A stretch of DNA of 64,000 bases from Ylistrum balloti. Lineage: Eukaryota. The stretch is from the NCBI RefSeq assembly GCF_031769215.1, contig NW_026781982.1, positions 1,364,001 to 1,428,000 of the forward strand. The letters are read 5' to 3'. The position numbers and the translations under genes were made by a program. Below are positions 50,545 to 63,244 of the stretch, piece after piece. How positions within the stretch are numbered: position 1 is the stretch's first letter; every line of letters starts with the position of its first letter. The notes under the pieces are model-generated. The model did no database searches. It saw only the letters and a program-made list of their open reading frames with translations, and was not told the origin of the DNA.

Positions 50545-52120
50545 CTGTAAATACAAAGAGAATTATTCAAAACTAGAAAATAGGAACTAATTATTCAATG
50601 ATAAATCAATACTAATGTACATTAACAATGACAAATTACATTCATCAAGATACCTTTTATCTCTCAGAACAAATCTCTGTGTTGGGTGACATAGCAGTTA
50701 GATCATATCACCAAGACTAGGCAATCAAAGTTTCATTCCCCAGATGGAAATCAAAATGTGTGGGAGTTAATAAAACTTGTTTCTTAAAAGTTCAAAAATT
50801 TTTAACAAGTTAATGTTTAATGTTTGAATTCTTACTATTGGAACAAGTGCATGGCAGTTTCTCTCATTATTCAAACAATTTACTCCTGTGGGATGTGTGA
50901 GAAATACATATATATTTCAATGTAACTACAAAATCAATCTCCACATGTAAGCATTCCTTCCAATGGCTGGAAACAAGGCTTTATGATTCACTGACAGTCC
51001 CATTTGTAATTGTGGCTTTTCTGTCTGATTAGCAAATCTTTGTATCATATAAAAATTTTAAAAAAATATCTTGTGTATAAATTTGTTAACTGACAGTCAG
51101 GTGTAAAACCATTTATATTATATGGTAGCTACAAATGTTCTATTATTAAAACCACATCATGTGTTACCAAGCACAGACTGAAATTTGTTATAGGCTGAGT
51201 AGGCTGACTCAAATATTTTTTAATCATGCTAAATAATTGTACATAAAACTGAACTGTATTAAACATTTTAAATCAGATTATCAAATTTCAACCATTGAAC
51301 ATCTCAGTTTAAAGTGATAAATGCAATCATGACTTTCATGCAGGTGTGTATATCTATGTAACAGTATTCATATAACATTTGTGATTTTTTGTGATATTTC
51401 TTCTGGTAGTTCCTGAGCGCCATTTCCAAAATTTTGATGAATCTAGTCACAAAGAGATATGGAGGGTTCTCAAAACCTGAGAGTCCCACTGGAATTAATT
51501 AAGCACAAGTCCGGGACTCAAATATTTTTGAGTCCCGAAAATTGCTGTCATATCCTATGTAAAAGCAATAAGATTACATGGAACAGCACTAATGAAACAT
51601 AACAGACCATTTGGGTGGGGATGTTGTAGGGAGGGACCATAAAGATGACGGATTTGAACAGGTGCACTGAATATATATGTATGTCCAATTTTACGCTATA
51701 CACTTCTTCACGACTCCTGAATAATAAATGAAATAATAAATATACGGATCTAAATATTTGTTGAATATTGATATTGGATCTGTACATACGTGTCTGTGGT
51801 TTAGAAATGTACACCGTAAACTCGCGTGTGTCAATATGTCATTGATGGATGCTTGTCGTCTGGTATTCTATATCGGGTTTGGCAGATGTTGACACTTCCA
51901 GATTTAATGAAAGTCAGCTTACAACACACATCGACCTACTTATTGAATTCATACACGAATATCATGTATGCATGAACAGAGTCAGTATTTCAAACAGCTG
52001 GAAAAGCATGTCGATCCGTGAAATAACAGCTGAACAAAACATAGTTGAAATCCTGTAACATATTATTGACCCCCGTCATCAGCTAACGCGGATAGCATGT
52101 GAACTAATGTGTTTACATAC

Positions 52121-52164
52121 CTGTGATGGTCGTCTGCTAAAGGTAAATAATCGTGTGCCTCCAT
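52121..52164 (-). CDS. KLHL5: Candidate first coding exon 1A (MEAHDYLPLADDHHR)
   Basis: ATG at 52164 in Kozak context ACAATGG, donor CACAG|gtatgt, phase 2. Lies ~80 nt downstream of an ETS-motif/CpG-richer promoter-like segment. With the mini-exon it gives a 613-aa protein. Confidence 0.65.
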
Positions 52165-52236
52165 TGTTACACTGTCATCTTAGTTATGTACACATATTCG
52201 TACTAAAAACTCCAGTTGTAAACTTTAAAACTGTGT

Positions 52237-52252
52237 ACTTCCTTCCGGAAGT
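52237..52252. promoter_or_regulatory. Paired ETS (GABP/ELK-type) motifs ACTTCC...CCGGAAGT in a probable core promoter
   Basis: Sequence ACTTCCTTCCGGAAGT contains palindromic TTCCGGAA. CpG is locally enriched over 51820-52360. Sits just upstream of candidate exon 1A. Confidence 0.55.
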
Positions 52253-53134
52253 GGTAAAGTCTCCATTGTGTTGTAAACAAAGCGAGGCCCCTTGATTAGG
52301 CCCCGGACATGGCATATGGTAGGTTTGGGAGAGGTGAAATTTTTAGTACGTAACGCGGGTAATTTAAAAACAGAAATGGTTATGATGATTTTAATGAGTT
52401 AGAACAACAACAACAAGGTATGTATAGAAGTAAAGGCTAAACTGTATAACAGTGTTGGCTTACCTTCCATTCATAAAGATTTTTTATACAATGTGAATAT
52501 TTCTTTTCAGTAGTGTTTAAAAGTATTATGTATCCTTGGAGTTTTTGGGGTTTCAGGAAGTAAATTTTCGAGTTTTTGGCAAATATTGTGCAATTTATAA
52601 TAGTGTTAAAAAATTAAAAGTGAAACAATTATGTGAAATTGTATTTTTTATTTGTTTTTGTAGCATTTGTAATCATGTGGAATGTCTTCACCTTACACGA
52701 GACATGAACATGATAGCTGTATAACGCATATCAATGTAAAGGATACAACTGTATTTGCAATTTTAATTTTCAATTTCTTATCCCGGAAATTACTTTGTCT
52801 GAGTTTGTGAAGAGAGACGAGAGTATTGCTTTATTACATTCGACCGTTTAACTGTGTCAAGTGGGCTGGTAAATAAATTGAAACAAATTGAAAGGGAATA
52901 ATTTACACAAATTGAATTGAAACCAAGTGACAGAGAATACTGTTAACACAATGTCTGAGTGAATCAGTTGTGTGGTACCATGATCTACTTATCCAGAATC
53001 TATCAACAAGTTCTCTTTGGAAACAAGTGGGAGGGATATATTCTACCTACGAAGTTAGGGCCGTCTTCCCTCTTGCAAACCTTTTTCTTTGCGAGTCTGA
53101 ATGAATTTGACTACATTTCTCCAGTAAAAACATC

Positions 53135-53570
53135 CATATCTGATAATAAGCCCACCCATATCTACTGCTGTTTAGTAGAATTATTACTGTATTTATCCAG
53201 TAATAAGTCCATGTCTACTTCTGTTTAGTAGAATTATTAATGTATTCATCAAGTAATATATCCATGTCTGATAATAAGCCCACCAATATCTACTGCTGTT
53301 TAGTAGAATTATTACTGTATTTATCCAGTAATAAGTCCATGTCTACTTCTGTTTAGTAGAATTATTAATGTATTCATCAAGTAATATATCCATGTCTGAT
53401 AATAAGCCCACCAATATCTACTGCTGTTTAGTAGAATTATTACTGTATTTATCCAGTAACAAGTCCATGTCCGGTAATAAGCCCACCCATATTTGCTGTT
53501 TAGTAGAATTATTACTGTATTTATACAGTTATAAGTCCATGTCTTGTAATAAGCCCACCCATATCTCTGA
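53135..53570. repeat. Dimeric tandem repeat, 128-bp period (53+75 bp), ~3.3 periods
   Basis: CTGTTTAGTAGAATTATT at 53168, 53221, 53296, 53349, 53424 and 53496. Confidence 0.9.
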
Positions 53571-54164
53571 TTATTCAGATTATTAAAAAAATTGCTTTTT
53601 CACTGTTTTGTAATAAGCCCATTCATGACATAGAATCAGAGGAAATTAGGCTTGGCTGCCCTAGCTTATGTCGGAATAAATTTCTTCTTCTCAGCCCTAC
53701 AACCGCAACCCCACCCATACTCTAGTTATCCCACAAATATGCCAGGTAAACTGCTGGGAAGTGAAGGGACCACCCATGCTCTGGTTTTCTGATGTAAATT
53801 CAGTATTTTACTGGATGACTGAAGCACTGTAAGTGTTCTTAATTGTATTTATTAGAACAAAGCTGATGTGCCAGAAACAAGTTTATATACAAGTGATCTT
53901 GTCACAATTAATTTTAAGATGATGCTCTGACGAGAGATACAGGTGGGCAAAGATCCAGATAATGTTTGCTATCGATAGACATTTAGGTTTACTCCCAAAG
54001 AAGAATGAAATCATATGACCTAATGCTCTGCTAGATTTACATACCATATCTATAATATAATGAGCTCATTTCCCATTATTATTAAATTTGTAGTATTTGT
54101 TCTTCCACAGTGTTTTCAAACAGTTTTATTTCAATGTCCTTGATTGATAGCCCCTTCACTGCAC

Positions 54165-54228
54165 TGCCCCCCTCCCCTGCCCCCCTCCCCTCTGCTCCAC
54201 CTCCCCTCCCCTGCCCACCCCTCCCCCA
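54165..54228 (-). repeat. C-rich (minus-strand G-rich) tract, G4-capable
   Basis: Plus strand CCCCCTCCCCTGCCCCCCTCCCC...CCCTCCCCC. Confidence 0.75.
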
Positions 54229-56384
54229 ATCCTTACCTCTTGAGTTATTGTAGGATGGTAATTAACTCATCCATGATACAATAATTAACCCCTTTATGAT
54301 CAGATTTTTCAGATACTTGTACATACAGGTATTTTGCCAAAATGCAGCCATTTGCAGACAAGTTTTGTTATCATGAATTAATATTGTATATTTTGTAATG
54401 TATCTATAATCAACTACAAAATATATTGAAATGATACAGTTTACTGCAATCTGACTAATAACTGATTACTGATTACTAATTAAAAAAAAAATGGATCCTG
54501 ATTGTAAATGTCCATTGGAAAAAGACATTTAAAAAAAGATTTCAACATAATGACATCACAATTTTGACTAAATAGCATTTTCAATGTAAAAAGTCAATAA
54601 TTTTCGAGAAAACAATTATAATCAAAAAGCGCCAATACAGTTTATGGCTTTTGTGATATATAATTCATTAGACCAATATAAGGTTGTAAAAGAGTAGAAT
54701 ACAAATAAATTTTCAGCATAAATATATGGAGAGTTAATGGAACAGCAGGGTCCTATAAATATAATCATCAATATAGACGGTATACACCAGCACTATGCCT
54801 GTGGCAAGACTAGCATGGAAATTAGTCTCAATTGGGTATTTGTTGTAAATTGGTCATATCTGTTACCATGGAGACCTGTTATTCTCTAGTAGTAATTGAT
54901 CATCAGTCTATCTCTCTTGTAGTTAGATTAAAAACAGAACCTACCAAACTTGTAGAGAATTTCCATAAACATCCAGAGATTTCCCAAGCTTACGGCACCA
55001 AATCTGTTATCATCTCAAGCAAATGAATCGTTATCATCCGATGTGGATAAATTGAAGGCTTAGAGGAATTAATATGTATGTATTGACCAGTCTAACCTTG
55101 CTGTCCAACGGTCAGTGAGTGATTATTGAAACCTTCCCGGTCACTAACAAGCACATCATCGGTCATTGGTCCATATATCAACAACCACAAATCACCATTT
55201 TGAAGAATAAGTCACTCTTATAACATTAAGCTCTGTGGTCAATGTTGAACATCATTAACAGACTTCAGGTCACCCTCCTTACAACTATTTTTCTGCTTTA
55301 ACTCTATTCCAACATAAATTGTTAGCTTTTTTCATTTCTATCCTGATGTAAACTGGCAGAAGAAAGAACTACCAATATAAAGCAACGAAAAGGTGCAAAA
55401 GTATACATAAATACCAGGGAAAGCATTGAGCGTGATATGAATGAGATACTTTTCACATAATTTATAATTTCCCAGTCTGTGGTGACAAATAAATGACAGT
55501 CTTTACAACTAGATTTTACAATGTATAGCTTTTACGTGTAATTTGGTAGATAAAACGAAGAAGTTTAACTAAGTTATATAGAGCTACTATAGATATGTTT
55601 TCATTAAATCTACAGAACTGCTCCATCACATTTTAGATAAAACTTTGACCTTGAACTCTCAAGGAATCACAGCTGGTGTCTTATTGCAACTTTACCAACT
55701 TCAAATCCACAGCAGTGAGGATAGACATGCTTCCATACATCAAATTTCAGTTGAATTTCGTTGAAGACCAATGCTACAAGTCTGTTAGCACTAAATCTTC
55801 AAAATATTTTAGCTTGATGATATTTGTTCATTGCCTTCCGTATCAGTGTCTCTCTCTGTATTGTACCTTTAACAAGAAGAGCCCTAGTTTCAGTGTAAAT
55901 GGTACCGTGGTTTGTACATGTGTAGGCTTGATAAATATGTTACATGAACATATTGTAGCTCAATAAAATACTGCTGTCCTCCAATAAGCCCACCCCATAC
56001 TTCCAGTCAAATACCTTCATATGTGTGTCAAGAATGGAGAATTAATAAGTGTTTATTGTTCCTTGCTATTTGGTGGGTTTATAATCACATTGTGAACAGG
56101 CACAGTCATTTTTAAGGTGAAGTCTCTTTATAGTATCTGGTGGCTACCGCATTGAGCATAATATGAGAGGTCCTGTTGCACACCATACCTTACTTTGACA
56201 ACATAAAAGAGAACCTAACAGTCTGATTGGAAGACTTTACAGTTCACCACTTTGACAAATTCACCCATAAGGCCACCTACCTAACCAGTCTAAAGACATT
56301 TTCAATGAAACTAACTTTGTTAGTCTGTAAAGCTTAATTTGTGTATACAATAGAACCTTCTTTCTGTAGTTTGGCTTGTTTTTG

Positions 56385-56530
56385 TTGTGAACCTTGTTAG
56401 TGTAGTTTGTGCTGTGGAACCTTGTCAGTATGTGTGTAGTGTGGAACCCTGTTACTTTAGTTTGTATGTACTGTAGAACCTTGTTAGTATGTGTGTACTG
56501 TGGAACCCTGTTACTTTAGTTTGTATGTAC
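56385..56530. repeat. Degenerate ~30-bp alternating repeat (~60-bp dimer)
   Basis: GAACC(T/C)TGTTA...GTGT recurring. Confidence 0.7.
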
Positions 56531-58814
56531 GGTGTCATTAGATTACCCCTAAAAATGTTAGTCCTGTCATGTTAAAGTGGACAATGTGGGGTTTATTTTT
56601 TTCAGGATAATATTTTAGTTTGTGTTGGAGATTACTATTTGGGCAGAATCTGTGTCTACGCACCAAAAACTAGCTTTACAGGAAGTGAAATTTTCATAGT
56701 GCTGAAATGTAAGTACTTTGTTACCATGACAGTGTTGTTGATTGTAAGATAGGTGTTTAGAATTAAATTTCTCCTTGTAGTGTTGGGTTGGAATTAGCAG
56801 TATTTTTGCATTTTTAGCATTTTTTGTAGGTAACCATGACAATCAAATGTCAGAAATGAAATTTTTTTTTTACACAAATTTCATCTCTCTACTGTTAATG
56901 TAATTGTTATACAGTTTATAAATATCTATACATGTAATGATGTATTTTCCATAACCAATCTGCTATACCTGTATATCTCAAACATGACAAATAATTTCAG
57001 GAAAAATGCAAATTAACTGTTTACTGCTACCTACTGTAGATCCTAAATGTTAGCCTAGATAGTTTGGTTTGTGTTATACAAGACACGTCATCCTTTATTT
57101 ACATTGTACTTTCATTAATTAGTCTGGATATTTAGCTGTGCACACAATGAACGAATCACAAATTCAGAAAAAAATCTATTTTAGACTTGACCTGTGGAAA
57201 CATTGAATCACATCCATGGTAGATCAAGATTACTTTATCTGATAAAGATCAACACAACCTCAAGATTTTGGCATTCAACAAGCGATGAATAAATCTTAAG
57301 ACAGATTCTGACAAGGTATAAGATAAGATAACCTAAAGGTGTTTTTCATCATATCTAAATATAGACTTACTTGTGGTTGTTAGTATTTGACATCATACTC
57401 ACTCTCAAATCGTCCCAAATTTTATTTATCTTTATCATCCAGCAACAAATTTTAACCTGTTAATAAGCTACCAACATATATTCATGCTTTAGTACAAACA
57501 GGATTTTCCTGTAATAAGCCCACCCTGTATACTTTATATCCAGCATGATATTTCAACTCTTGGGGATTTATTTCAGGATAAGTACGGTAATCAGACTGCA
57601 GTCACAGATAAGCTAAATGTTTACCTTGTTATAATGCCACAATTTGTCTAGAAGCATATGGCATTATAAACAGGTTTAATGATAAAATGATCAGGTAACT
57701 GTTCAGACAATTAGGAAAAAAAACCTTCAAACATGCTGGCAATGTTTAGTAACTTGATAGACACTGTTGGAGCTGTGTATGACATCAGTGAATAACCACA
57801 ACTGATCAATATCCCCAATTTTTATCAGGTTTAAGAATGTGTATAAATACCTTATGATGACATACATTAACGAAAAGCCCAGAACCAAGCCCCTGTGAGG
57901 TGGTAGAGTAAATGACCGCCACAAGGAACATATCAAACTTTACAAGTAAAACACATCAAAGTTTTATTGTTACTAGGAAAACAAAAGCTTACTCCCTAGG
58001 TGTTACCATGGAGAGACTACAATCAAAGTTTCCACTCTGCTAAATAGAATTCCTTAATCAAAGTTTTATTGTAAAGGACAATGTGAAATCACAATGTTTG
58101 ATTGAATAGATATTCCTATATCACAAACCTGTTAGAAAATCACATGTGAAGTTTCGATGACTTAAATGTCACCTTCATCAGAAAACAACCAGTGTGTATT
58201 TGCACTGAAGACCAAAATAAATCCATTGTAATTTTCTGCTATGGTATAATCTGATGTACACAAGGTGTACACTATAGATTCAATGTCATGTACAGTTATA
58301 GTTACCATATTTCAAACACATTAATTTATCAGCACTAAGGTATAGATAAAATAATCCAAATTCAAATCTCTGATTGTTACGAAAGAAGTGTACACCAGCG
58401 ATTAGATCTAGAACCATTTAATGCAAATCAGTACCTACCTTACACATGTAGGAATCAGTCATCATCTCGCTAAAAATATCTCGACTTTGTAAAATGTCCA
58501 ACACTTAAGAATCAAAACAAAGAATAAATTTCCATGTTAAAGGTATTTTGCTGACACAGGAGAAAAAAAAAGACGTTTGAAAATCAATTTCCCACGGTAC
58601 CAGCATGATGAAATGTATTTGGAGAGAAGCAGAGATAGAGAGCTCTCCATCCCTCTATATATTGTAGTACTGCTTGTAGAAGTGGGACCAGCCTCCCTAT
58701 AGATAAATACAGAGAAATGTTAGTGTCGATGCCAATACATGTATGTACCTACTGTATAGGTAGATGGGTACTTGACCTAGCTTTCTATAGGGCTACATAT
58801 CTACTATTACCTAC

Positions 58815-58879
58815 CTACACCTGCTGTCGAGAGCTTTCCCTTTGCTAACAGAGGTCAGCCTTGTCGACTCTTGAAGCAT
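58815..58879 (-). CDS. KLHL5: Candidate distal alternative first coding exon 1D (MLQESTRLTSVSKGKALDSRCR)
   Basis: ATG at 58879 (weak Kozak). Donor TGTAG|gtaggt, phase 2; an alternative donor at 58821 is also phase 2. Local GC-richer patch. Confidence 0.3.
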
Positions 58880-59399
58880 TGGAGCGTTTTCCTTGTCAGC
58901 AAAACTGATGCTATCTTGTCTTCTACTCCACACACTAGTACACATTTCCCACTGTTTTATATGTAAGATTTACTAAAGCTAATGAGCAGCTTCCTATTCA
59001 CTGAGATTTACTTTAAGTGATTATTTGATGATGATGTTAGTACCTCCTCCTTGTGTTTATAATGAGGAAAACATTGTTCATATCAAAATCTTCTACAAGC
59101 TAAAACTACACAGAACCTGTCTTCCTCTTAACAAATTTCAGCTAATTATCTTTTCGGCTAAATTAATTCTTGCGTTTATAACTAGGCCAGGCATGTTACT
59201 GGTTTAATCATAATAAACACATTCATGCACTATATATTTGTGTAATACCGGGGTGCACATAACAACATGGTGACGTAACTTTTCTTCTTCAGGATAATGA
59301 TTGAATATCGAGCCTTAATTTTATTTTATACATCAACTATATTGTAAATTTTCAAAATAATTTATGATCCTTTAGTTAATTGATTAAATAGATCCCTTC

Positions 59400-59890
59400 T
59401 ACAGCTGGAACCCTGAACACACTTGGTTGATTTGTAACCCATGTACAGGATCTAAACTGCATGTGTACAGCTGGAACCCTGAACACACTTGGTTGATTTG
59501 TAAGCCATGTACAGGATCTAAACTGTATGTGTACAGTTGGAACCCTGAACACACTTGGTTGATTTGTAAGCCATGTACAGGATCTAAACTGTATGTGTAC
59601 AGCTGGAACCCTGAACACACTTGGTTGATTTGTAAGCCATGTACAGGATCTAAACTGTATGTGTACAGCTGGAACCCTGAACACACTTGGTTGATTTGTA
59701 AGCCATGTACAGGATCTAAACTGTATGTGTACAGTTGGAACCCTGAACACACTTGGTTGATTTGTAAGCCATGTACAGGATCTAAACTGTCTGTGTACAG
59801 TTGGAACCCTGAACACACTTGGTTGATTTGTAAGCCATGTACAGGATCTAAACTATTTCACCCTGAACACACTTATTTGTAAGCCATGTG
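59400..59890. repeat. Minisatellite, 66-bp unit, ~7.5 copies
   Basis: ACAGCTGGAACCCTGAACACACTTGGTTGATTTGTAAGCCATGTACAGGATCTAAACTGTATGTGT; 22-aa periodicity. Confidence 0.95.
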
Positions 59891-60399
59891 TTGATACACA
59901 CAGGCTGAACGTAATACCAGGTAAATGTACCCAACAGCTACTAATATTATACATTTTCATGTTGCAGTTAGCTCGGATTAGACTCCTATTATCGCAGTTT
60001 TAATCTCATTGTATATAGCTGGATTGTACACAACCAAAAATACCAAAACGATACTAATTACACTTCATTATTTTACAAGTCATTTTACATCTACGTAAAT
60101 TAGAGACAACTTTCAAAACTGGTTGTCAGATTATCAACATGATAATTCTGACATCTTCAAGGACTTCATTCTAATTATCTCTCATCCTGATCATTTTCAC
60201 AATAAATCCTTACTCTCTGACAACCATTCAATAAGCATTCATATATATATATATATATATGCAATAATTCTCAACTTGTCATAAACAATGATTTGATGGT
60301 TTTGTTAGAAACACTGTCTGTACCAAGGACAATGTAGAAAAGGTCAGATGTTGATGTCATGGTTGTATTAAAGAAAAGGCCAAATTCGATGTTATAGCA

Positions 60400-60850
60400 G
60401 TTGTGGGAAAGGTTAAAGGTTGTAGATATCACATCTATTTAAGGAAATGTTAAAGGCTGACGTCATGGTTATTGCTGTAAATGTTAAAGGCAGATGTCAT
60501 GGTTTCAGCAGGAAAGGTTAAAGGTTGATGTCATGGTTTCAGCAGGAAAGGTTAAAGGTTGATGTCATGGTTTCAACAGGAAAGGTTAAAGGTTGATGCC
60601 ATGGTTTCAGCAGGAAAGGTTAAAGGTTGATGTCATGGTTTCAGCAGGAAAGGTTAAATGTTGATGTCGGCATTATTGTGGGAAAGGTTTAAGCTTGATG
60701 TTATGGTTACTACAGGAAAGGTGAAAGGTTGATGTTATGGTTACTAAAGGAAAGGTTAAAGGTTGATGTTATGGTTATTGTGGGAAAGGTTAAAGGTTGA
60801 TGTCAGGATTATTGTGGGAAAGGTTAAAGGTTGATGTCAAAGTTACTGTA
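60400..60850. repeat. Minisatellite, ~34-bp unit, ~13 copies, degenerate at the edges
   Basis: GGAAAGGTTAAAGGTTGATGTCATGGTTTCAGCA; spacing 60511 to 60545. Confidence 0.9.
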
Positions 60851-63244
60851 GAAAAATTAATTGGTAGATGCCATAGTTATACAATACTCCAGGAAAGTGT
60901 AGGACACACTGGCAATTTCTTATCATTGTTGATTACTCTTCAGAATTATAGAAGCTTGCTTTCATCATTATTGATGGATTTTCTAGATAATATAGGAGCA
61001 CTGAAACAACCTATTCTATAATTAAGATTTGTCCCAGCACCAGTCTTCTGCTAGCTTGTCTCCACCTTGGGTTACATGTAAAAAGGTTGCTGATGTCATA
61101 AGTATTTTACCAGGTATGTACAAACATTATAGTTCAATGAAGGCTATAACAAGAGAATCAGCGAAACTATTGAGTGCTCCCCAGATATGACAGCATTGGA
61201 CACAAAATGTAAAAATACAGAAATAATTTTGTAATAGAGGAGTTTCAGGCCCTGAATTTGGTATTGTAACCAATGGATACACCATGTTTTATGAACGCTT
61301 GCTAAGCTGTGGGCAAAAGTTATACTCCTGATGTCATTAACATCATTGTTCCTGTAGAGACAATGGTGAGATAACTTTAATACATACTAACGTTACCATA
61401 GAAACATCACCATTACCACTAAAATCACAAGTAGATTTTTCACTGTATTTATGGCTATTGGCAGTGTAAAGTGAGCTGTACCCATATCAATGCACTTCTG
61501 TAAATTCCTAAATAAGGCATCCCCTGCAACTAGCCCGTTAATTCTGTGGAGTTTTTCGTAATTACGTTACCTAAGCTACTGTTTTGCTCACACTTCTAAA
61601 TTGATCAACGCCACATTCCTTCACATGACCAAGTGTTTTTAAAGTTGTGATTTTTTTAAGGCTTAGAAGCCTAAATTACGATGGGAAAGAGTGCTAAATT
61701 TGAATGTCCTGTTTTCTATACAACTGCCTCTGTGTTGTTTGACTGATTAGATTAAGCCATGTTCCTCCTCCAGATTCTGTACACTATCTGCCAGGGATGT
61801 GTTTCTACACTGATTGCCTATCCACACAGTATAACACTGGAGTTAGATTTCCTGGTGTGATTAAATCCTCCTTGTCTACAGTAACTCTACAGAGGATACA
61901 TCAAAGCCAGTATACACAGACAAGACAAATCAGGAAGAAAATCTTCAAAAGGTTTGCATGGAATATAAATTATCATCAGCTATAATCAAACGACAAAGCA
62001 CTAGTATAAGTCTGGTTACTTTCGAGTTAGACTCAAACTCTACAACAGAGAGGGAAACATTACCCAGGGCTGTTTTTGCCCTTGTATTAACATTACAGAT
62101 TTTCACCCAGAGTTAAATTTCTCTTTAGATATTGAGGAAATACATACCTAATGAGAAACATCCAAACTATAGCCAACCTTATTTTTTTTTCCTATTGGCA
62201 AACAAAAATCAAACTGCAGTGAATGTTCATCATCATTATGGGACCATGAAGCCCACATAAGAAGGTAATTATGGATTTAGTATAATACACTTCACTACAA
62301 AAACTTCTACAATTTTACCAATATAGAGTACACTAAACAGCAGTCAAGGGGAGACAACTTATGTCACATCTTCCGCAAAATTCTTATCTGATTTATGCTG
62401 AAAATACTATCATGTGATACTGCAATATATTTTCATGGAATGTTTACAATTGTGTATGAATAAACAAATACATAAAACTGCAGATTACTTATATATCTTT
62501 GAATTAATTTCCACAATTTGCTGGTTAAAATTTTCCTGGCATTTCCTGTGATAACACACAGTTTTTGATTGTCTTTTTCCAAAACGTCTTATAAGTTTTT
62601 GGAGAAGACTCAGATATCAATATGACAAACAGACATCCTGGTTGGCTGGCTTAATATAACGCAGCAAAATGTCTTTTATATCCTTTCAAATAAAAGTATA
62701 GTATAATGCACACTGAGTACAAAGCTTTGCCACCTCAGCCAAACCTATTTGTATATGTTTATATGTAATGTATGTTTCAGGGGAGGCAACTCTTCAATTG
62801 CTACAATTTATATATACTGTTATCACGAGAGAACAAGTTTTCCTGAAAATGATTTTCAACTTTTACAATTTAGAATAATTAGTTTAAGTACATTGATTCT
62901 GGTAAATTCTGATTCTAATTGTGTTATGAAATTTAGAACTTCACAATAAATCTATATGAACTAGAAAACTATTATCATAATTTAAAGTATTGATGTGAAC
63001 ATAAAACTTCCCTTAAAGGTGATCATTAAATCAGATTACATCTGAAGTATGTGATTCAGCTGTATGTATAAATCATAAAGATCATATTTTGTTAAATCTA
63101 AATTGTTATAACCCAAGTTCGATTAATTCATTAGATATGTAATAATATGTAAGACATTTATGGCCTTGACACTTTATGCAATCCTCAACAACTCGAGGGG
63201 TGTGAAACAAGTCAGGAATCAGTATTAGTGACCTCGAGTCTAAA

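Noticed and set aside
39749-57625. Other minus-strand GT donors (39749, 44332, 49653, 57625) as coding first exons
   Set aside because: No ATG-led open frame in phase 2 precedes them. Non-coding use cannot be excluded.
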